Made by a program: the position numbers and the translations under genes
In this document: piece after piece, positions 57,525 through 64,000 of the stretch
Layout: every line of letters begins with the position of its first letter
How positions within the stretch are numbered: position 1 is the first letter of the stretch
Source of the DNA: a virus
Length of the DNA stretch: 64,000 bases
Strand: one strand, 5' to 3'
Virus record (IMG/VR): IMGVR_UViG_3300045988_122545
Coordinates: 31,662-95,661 of that record
Notes under the pieces: model-generated
Told to the model about the DNA's origin: nothing
Seen by the model: only the letters and a program-made list of their open reading frames with translations
Databases searched by the model: none

Positions 57525-57882
57525 AGTTAAAAATGCTACTCCAAATATATACGACGGAATTAAATTTCGTAGTAAGCTAGAAACTTATACTTATAAAAAA
57601 CTAAAAGAAGCAAATATATTTGCTGAATATGAGTCAACTCATTTTGAGTTAATACCCAAATTTGAGTATCAAGGAGAAAAAGTAAGAGCAATGACATACT
57701 TACCAGACTTCGTAGGTAAAGACTTTATAATTGAATGTAAAGGACTCATGGGAGATTCCTTTCCTTTAAGATGGAAAATCTTTAAATATACTTTGATGAA
57801 AAATAATTCTAATTATAAGTTATATTTAGTAAGGAATCAAAAGCAAGTTGATGCTTTAATTCAACAATTAAAACAAAAATAA
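57451..57882 (+). CDS. PD-(D/E)xK nuclease-like protein (DUF1064 / resolvase-like); start unresolved
   Basis: The homology-like region (NIYDGIKFRSKLE...YLPDF....IIECKG) begins about 150 nt upstream of the only downstream ATG (57691). The only upstream in-frame ATG (57451) is followed by an in-frame TAG (57460..57462). Confidence 0.4.
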
Positions 57883-57883
57883 T

Positions 57884-58648
57884 ATGAGCCAATTTGTAAA
57901 AGTAGGAAATGCAATTGTACCAAAACCCAAAGGTTTTGATTATGATTTAGTACTTGGTAAAATATATGATTTAAGTGATTACTATGCACCACGATTAAAA
58001 GAGAATGGTGATTTTAATTTACCAGAAAAAATTTACGAATCGGAAAAAGATAAACGATTTAAAAATATTGTATTAAATCATTTTAAAAACACATCTCAAC
58101 AAACAACTGGCGTATTATTAGCAGGTGAAAAAGGTACAGGTAAATCAATTCAAGCAAAACTAATTGCAAAAGCATCAGGTTTACCAATTATTAATGTATC
58201 TCAAGAAATTCAACGTAATGCAATGATCGAATTCTTCAAAAATTTTGATGAACCAGTATGTCTAATTTTTGATGAATTTGATAAATATTTTAATTCAGAA
58301 GATTTGTTATGTTTATTAGATGGAATAGAAAAAACAACAAAAATGTTAATTATATTCACGTGTAATGATACAGACAAATTGTCTGAATATTTAAAAGATC
58401 GTTGTTCACGAATACGTTATATTCGTAAATTTACAAGTAAAGACAATGCTTCTTTTATTCCAGAACTTATTGATGAATTAGGTTTAGAGAATAAAGAAGA
58501 TTTAATTACTTTTTGTGAAAATTCCATTAAATATCCAACGGTAGATAACGTTAAAGCTTTCTTAACAGAATATAAATCTCTTAAAGAAGAAAAGAACGAT
58601 ATTACGCCTACTGAAGCAGTTGAATTTCTTAATATTACTTTAGTATGA
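57884..58648 (+). CDS. AAA+ ATPase
   Basis: Walker A LAGEKGTGKS. Walker B CLIFDEFD. Confidence 0.65.
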   Translation: MSQFVKVGNAIVPKPKGFDYDLVLGKIYDLSDYYAPRLKENGDFNLPEKIYESEKDKRFKNIVLNHFKNTSQQTTGVLLAGEKGTGKSIQAKLIAKASGLPIINVSQEIQRNAMIEFFKNFDEPVCLIFDEFDKYFNSEDLLCLLDGIEKTTKMLIIFTCNDTDKLSEYLKDRCSRIRYIRKFTSKDNASFIPELIDELGLENKEDLITFCENSIKYPTVDNVKAFLTEYKSLKEEKNDITPTEAVEFLNITLV

Positions 58649-59520
58649 AAATTTGTGGAATAAGTGATATTCATGGTAATTTATTAGAAAACGTCCCTGA
58701 ATGCGATGTATTATGCATCGCAGGGGACGTAATTACCTTAAACGCTCAAAGAAATTTTGATGCATCGGAATATTGGTGGAAAAACCGATTTATTCCATGG
58801 GTAATGCAATTACCATGTAAAAAAGTAATAATTGTTCCTGGAAATCATGATTTCTATCTTGAAAATCTATATACAACAAATAGATGGGAAGAATTTTGTG
58901 ATTACATGGCAATAAATACTGAAGGAAAATTATATTTCCTTATTGATCAATCATTTGAATACGAAGGAATAAAATTCTATGGTACTCCATGGATTAATCC
59001 TATCGATTTTCAAAGAAACAAATGGGCTTTCGAGAGTTATGAATGTAACGATGATAACCCATATTCAAAAATACCAGAATGCGATGTTCTTATTACTCAT
59101 GATTCTCCGATTGAAAATGAATTACTTAATATAGAAAGTTGGTATAAATGTAAATATCATTTCTATGGTCATTGGCATGATGGAGAAAGTAAACCAAGTG
59201 AAGGAAAATACAATTGTTCTAGGTTAAACGATTACTATAGTTTCAAAAAGAATTTTGAATTTCCTACAATAAACATTAATACAACTATGGAAAAAACCAA
59301 ATATGAATTATTACAAGAATATATAGAAACGCTCAAAAATAATCTAATTATTAGTAATGAAGCTGATAAACAGCGAGTTATTAGTCAAATAGATGAAACT
59401 TTTATTAAATTCTTGGATAATCCACAAGATAAAGAAGATGAAATTATTTGGACTGGATCTTCAATAATTACTGACATGGATGGAAATAATGAGGAGAGTA
59501 TAGAAGATGAATACAAATAA
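58645..59520 (+). CDS. Calcineurin-like metallophosphoesterase
   Basis: SDIHG, AGDV, PGNHD, THDSP and GHWH motifs in canonical order. Confidence 0.75.
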   Translation: MKICGISDIHGNLLENVPECDVLCIAGDVITLNAQRNFDASEYWWKNRFIPWVMQLPCKKVIIVPGNHDFYLENLYTTNRWEEFCDYMAINTEGKLYFLIDQSFEYEGIKFYGTPWINPIDFQRNKWAFESYECNDDNPYSKIPECDVLITHDSPIENELLNIESWYKCKYHFYGHWHDGESKPSEGKYNCSRLNDYYSFKKNFEFPTININTTMEKTKYELLQEYIETLKNNLIISNEADKQRVISQIDETFIKFLDNPQDKEDEIIWTGSSIITDMDGNNEESIEDEYK

Positions 59521-60517
59521 AATGGATATTTCAATTCCATATTACGAAGATAATTCGCGTATTTCTAACTCTGCCTTAGGTTGGTTTATTAAATATGGAC
59601 CACAATATCTTCGTAACATGTTAGATGGAAAAGAAGAAGGTTTAAAAGGTTCTTTCCTTGAAAAAGGTACCATGATTCATGAATATATTCTTCAACCAGA
59701 TGAATTCTGGAAAGATTATATAATTCTTGATTTTGAAGTACCTAAAGTAAAACAACAAAAAGATTTATGTGAATGTTATGCACATTTAATCGAAGTAGAA
59801 CCTTTAGAGTCTAAAGAAACTTTAGCTTTAAAAGCGTATCGTCAATCTTATTCTAATAATAAGAAAGATGATGTAGTAAAAGAAGAAGCTTTAAAAATAA
59901 TAGATACTTATTCTCAGTATATAGAATATTGTAAGAATAAGGATACTAAAAAAGTAATATCTTTTGCTGATTTGAATACACTTAAAAAAATTAAAGATAA
60001 CATCAAAGAACACAAAAAGGCAAATGAATTATTATTCAATCTACCTGACACATTTAAAGCATATAATGAATTCCATATAAATTGGGAAGTACCGAAATAC
60101 GATAACATAAAATGTAAATCTCTACTTGATAGAGTATGTTTTGACCACGTTAATAAGAAAATTATCTTAATTGACTTAAAAACAACACAAAATGTCTATA
60201 ATTTCGCACATTCTGTAGAAGAATATGATTATTTTAGACAAATTGCATTTTATGGACTTGCAATACAGTGGTATATGCAAGAGGTTTTAAATCTTAATTC
60301 TGAAGATTATGATTTTGAAGCCTATATTATTGCTATTGGAAAAAATAGTAATAATGAAATTAGAGTTTTTAATATGAACAAACAAGAGATATTGAGTCAA
60401 AAAGTAGACCAAATATCAGAAACTCTCAAAGAAATATCATATCATATCAATTCAGGAAATTGGACTCATACTCGTAATTATTATGAGAATGATGGAACTG
60501 AAGAATTATATAGCTAA
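59507..60517 (+). CDS. PD-(D/E)xK exonuclease (RecE/RecB-family, recombination)
   Basis: D(RV)...ILIDLKTT...Y..Q.A.Y arrangement. Lies in a module with the SSB and the Sak4-like ATPase. Confidence 0.55.
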   Translation: MNTNKMDISIPYYEDNSRISNSALGWFIKYGPQYLRNMLDGKEEGLKGSFLEKGTMIHEYILQPDEFWKDYIILDFEVPKVKQQKDLCECYAHLIEVEPLESKETLALKAYRQSYSNNKKDDVVKEEALKIIDTYSQYIEYCKNKDTKKVISFADLNTLKKIKDNIKEHKKANELLFNLPDTFKAYNEFHINWEVPKYDNIKCKSLLDRVCFDHVNKKIILIDLKTTQNVYNFAHSVEEYDYFRQIAFYGLAIQWYMQEVLNLNSEDYDFEAYIIAIGKNSNNEIRVFNMNKQEILSQKVDQISETLKEISYHINSGNWTHTRNYYENDGTEELYS

Positions 60518-60653
60518 AAAAGAAAACGATTTATTAATCGAACTTATGGTAAATAATTGTGTTATTGAAGAACCTATCGAAAGCCTTATGCTCGATAGAG
60601 CAGAAGAACAGGTAATTTGTACTGAAGATTTAGTACAAAATGTTGAGAATTGA
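60483..60653 (+). CDS. Hypothetical small protein (56 aa)
   Basis: ATG 60483 to TGA 60651-60653, overlapping the exonuclease 3' end. Last ORF before the terminator. Confidence 0.35.
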   Translation: MRMMELKNYIAKKENDLLIELMVNNCVIEEPIESLMLDRAEEQVICTEDLVQNVEN

Positions 60654-60661
60654 GAGAAGAA

Positions 60662-60690
60662 AAGGGTGGCTGATATATGCCACCCTTTTT
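60662..60690 (+). terminator. Rho-independent terminator closing the plus-strand block
   Basis: AAGGGTGGC-TGATATAT-GCCACCCTT followed by TTT. Confidence 0.7.
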
Positions 60691-61104
60691 AATTTACCTG
60701 TAAAACAAATAAATAACGATTCTAATTTTATTGATATTTATACATCTTTATCTGATAATATTTTTAATACATCATATAAAGGTATATATTTATTATATAA
60801 AAATTATAATAAAAACATAGAATATGTTTTTTTAAAAAATCGTTTTTATTTTGATAAAAAAACAATAATTTTAAATAATACTTTATATACTATTTATTTT
60901 TTTCGAATAATTAATAAATACGATTCGATAAATAAAATTAATATATCCGATTCTTTATTAGAACAATATTATATTTATAGTTTAAAATTTAATGTAAATA
61001 CAACTTTATTATATTATAAAAATAAAATAATTGAAAATTGTTGTAAAATAAATTACTATGATTATAATATTTTATTACAACAAGATGGATATGAGAATAT
61101 ATTA

Positions 61105-61138
61105 AAAATAAAGGGCTAGTTAAATCTAGCCCTTTTTT
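61105..61138. terminator. Bidirectional terminator at the convergent junction
   Basis: AAGGGCTAG-TTAAAT-CTAGCCCTT, with T6 on the plus side and an A-rich run on the other side. Lies 2 nt downstream of the TAA of the minus-strand giant gene. Confidence 0.7.
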
Positions 61139-61139
61139 A

Positions 61140-64000
61140 TTAATTATCTTCATTCATAATTTGTGTTTTATAATATCGTATCTTACTATCTATATCCATA
61201 TATTGCTCGTATGGATTTTTAAGAGGAGTAAGTTTAAATAAATTTCTCTAAGTTTTATTCCAATCTTTATATGCTCCTCTAGATACAACATTATCATCTT
61301 CTGATGTAGTCCAACCTAGAAAATCAAATAATTGTTTAGTTGATGATATTAAACTAGCTTTAAAATTATCAATTAAACCAAATAATGGTGTAGGATTTTT
61401 AATTGTATTTACAATATCTAACAAATTATATGGAGATTTAGATTCAAATTCTACTCTCATTGCAATATATGCTAAGAATTTTGCCCACCAACTATCATCA
61501 TTTTCGTCAGCATTTGCTAACATAAAAGATGTTATTTGTGGTAATACACCTAATAATAGAGTAAGTTCAGTAATTCCCTACTTTATACTTGCTCTTGTAG
61601 CATTATCTCTATTGAACTCTTTATAGTTTCTAATAGCAGAATTTAATAATCCGTAAATATTCCTGTCTTGATATACTTTTTGAATGTATCTCCAAATAGT
61701 AGATACCACTGCTTCACGATATCTATCTAAATTTGGATCGTATTGATAACTCATAAAATATCTTTCTGATAAAACGACAGGTATATATTGTCTATGCATC
61801 ATTGCTAATCCACCAAAAGCATTTTGAGTAAACTATGCTTTTTGTAATATGGTTAATTGACCATCGGCAGAAGCAGACAAAGCTCTAGCTGTATTATATA
61901 TTTTAAATTTAGCTTTTTTCCAAGACTCTTGTTTTGAAGGATCTTTTGTCTACAATTTACCATTTTTAAATTCTATGCAATCCATTGCAGATTCAAAGCT
62001 TCTCCATTTATGTCTAGTAGATTCAGTACTACCGTATTTGTCTAGATAATCTTCTTTACATATGAATTCACCATTTACATATTTAAAATTATACATTACC
62101 GCATCTAAAATCTATCCTTTTACACAGTAATCAACTACAGACATACCCCAAAATCCTAGTTTACGTAAAATAGTCATTAAAGGACCATAATGATTACTAT
62201 TTTGCCATCTGCTTCTTAGTTCCGAACCAATTTCTGCTTCATCCATTAAAGCCAGCTATTTACTTTTGTAGTTTCTATTACCTATATTTCTTATACCAGA
62301 CCAAAAAGAATCAGTAACAAAAAAAGTTAATGCTCTACGTGTATCATCCCAATCATAATATCTACCAACAATAGTCTGAACTAACATTTGATAAGCACCT
62401 GTAATACCACCGGTTGCAGCAACAGCCCAGTTTCCAGCTAAGTTTACATATGTACCAATCGTTCTAAAAGTATTTACTAATTTGGTAATATTGAATTCTT
62501 TACCAAAAAGCTCAACTTTTATAAGAGAATTCATTCTATCATATAATTGCATATCTGTAAAAGTATCAGCCATTTTATAAATTTGTGTTTGCACACCTTC
62601 AACCTCCTATTTCTTTTTACTGAATCTAGAAGTTTTTGTATAAGCTCTTCTACCTAATACAGATTTTATTGTTTCAACTTTTGCTTTAATTTTAGTTTTT
62701 TCATCAAAATTTACAGCAGCATCATAATATTCCATTATAATTCCTATGAGATCTGCACTTATTATAGAAGGATCTTCCAATCTTTTAGTGTAATATTGCG
62801 GAATTAGATTTAATTTCTATTTGTCAGGAGATTGAACTGCTTTTTCTTTCATCTAAGTATCTTCATTTGTTTTAACAAATCCAGATAAAATTTTAGATGC
62901 AAAACCTTTTAATAATCCTTTATACTTCATATATCGATATGTAGAACCTTCTATCTACGGCAACATATAATTATTATTAAATTTTCTATTATAATAATAA
63001 TCGTTTGCTTCTTTCATAGTAGAAACTAATTCATTATAAAAGTCTCTATTTTCTTTATTCTACATTACCTTTTTAAATTGCTAAGAATTATCATAAAGAA
63101 CATCTCCTTTTCTTATTTGTTTACCGTTTTCATCAATGAAATCTTCTGTTGCAAAAGCTTTCGGTTGATAGTATTCATTAGAAGTATGATCGAAGTTTTT
63201 ATTATAAAATTTTGATTCAGGTGATAGTACATTAAAATTATCATTTGGAACTCTTTCAATGTATTTATCATCAGCAGGAACTAATTTCAAATAATAAGAA
63301 TTTGGCTACCAGCCCGTATTTGTTCTATGAGACGTTTGCATATAGAAAATAGTTTCGAATATCATTTCATCAAATGATCCATTAATTACTGCTTCCTACA
63401 TAGCTTTATCACGTAAATCAAAATATTCCTAAGTTGGAACCATTTTAAATAAACCACTAGTATCTACTTTCTTACCTTTATATTTTTTACGTTCGTTAGA
63501 CATCAATCTTTCCAAACGGTCTAAGTAATATTTGGTATTTGCTGGTATCTTACTTGCTAAGATTTCATTTGTTCTAGAATCTCTATAAGGAGCTAATATT
63601 TCATTACGTATATTTTGTAATCTTATATATTCTTCTCCATATCTAGTTTTGTCTAATTTTTCTAATTCTTTTCTAAATTCTTCTGTGTATTGTAATTTAG
63701 TATTAGACTCATACCATTTATTATATTCTTCTTCTGTAAGTTCTTGTTGTTTTTGTTTTCTTATTTTTTCAAATCGTGCAGTATCTTTTACAGTAATATA
63801 ATCTTCACCTAATATTTTTGACACTCTTTGTAAATCTTCAGCTATTTGTAAATCAATACCTGTTTTAGGAGTACCATCAGTATAATATCTGCATTTTAAT
63901 AATTTTTTTTGAATTTCTAAAGTTTGAAGTTTATCTCTATCTTCATTATTCATTTTTGACTCATCGATATATCCAGAATTATCTCTGTATTTATCTTTTA
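61140..64000 (-). CDS. Very large virion-associated protein, C-terminal 953 codons (N-terminus lies beyond the window); 15 in-frame TAG
   Basis: ORFs 61248..61523, 61578..61802, 62256..62594, 63081..63290 and 63429..63953 all share one frame and are separated only by TAG (61248, 61578, 61833, 61950, 62112, 62256, 62607, 62817, 62853, 62955, 63060, 63081, 63306, 63396, 63429). The frame is still open at 64000. True stop is TAA 61140-61142. Confidence 0.7.

Noticed and set aside
44339-59999. Other minus-strand or alternative-frame entries in the replication block (44339..44563, 47106..47327, 48551..48790, 51844..52056, 52792..53237, 53919..54155, 54781..55014, 58417..58674, 59914..60108, 41485..41694, 32589..32792)
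   Set aside because: Each lies inside a longer, better-supported plus-strand gene.
60640-61119. 159-aa ORF in the AT-rich spacer
   Set aside because: It spans two terminator hairpins, is N/I/Y/K low-complexity, ends on TAG and starts inside the preceding small ORF. It is most likely an artefact of DNA that is over 85% A+T.
1-64000. TGA (opal) reassignment as an alternative explanation for the fragmented late genes
   Set aside because: Every break between same-frame fragments is TAG. TGA and TAA occur exactly where genes end next to the following start, including ATGA overlaps.
1-64000. Temperate-phage markers (integrase, repressor, attP)
   Set aside because: No integrase or recombinase motifs were seen in any frame. 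The orphan tRNA 3' half at 39790..39844 is the only att-like feature and is not sufficient on its own.

Overview
This window is a 64-kb segment of an AT-rich tailed-phage genome. Gene content and order fit a crAss-like (Crassvirales) phage of Bacteroidota best, but I could not confirm that without a database search. The layout has four parts. (1) 1..23948 (minus strand) is the late/structural operon: terL, portal, zincin-like proteins, an acidic scaffold-like protein, the major capsid protein, connector-like paralogs and tail fibres. (2) 24078..32167 (minus) holds two tRNA or tRNA-like genes and a nucleotide/DNA-modification block: thyX, a Dam methylase, a ParB-like protein, a DUF5664-like protein and a GroES-like protein. 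(3) 32536..60653 (plus) is the early/replication block: family-B DNA polymerase, DnaG-like primase, DnaB-like helicase, SSB, a Sak4-like ATPase, an exonuclease and an ECF sigma factor. It is interrupted by about 5.8 kb of ORF-free, hairpin-rich tracts that carry tRNAs, tRNA-like genes and repeated RNA-like modules. (4) 61140..64000 (minus) is the 3' part of a very large virion gene. The dominant feature is a two-code genome. TAG is an in-frame sense codon 84 times in the two late blocks. Across the 36-kb early/middle interior it is used neither as sense nor as stop. A tRNA with anticodon CUA sits directly upstream of terL. Most late genes in the ORF track are therefore fragments, and I re-joined them by reading through TAG. 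The window also holds three LAGLIDADG inteins (two in terL, one in thyX) and a free-standing GIY-YIG homing endonuclease. All functional calls rest on motifs I recognised by eye. No searches or folding programs were run.
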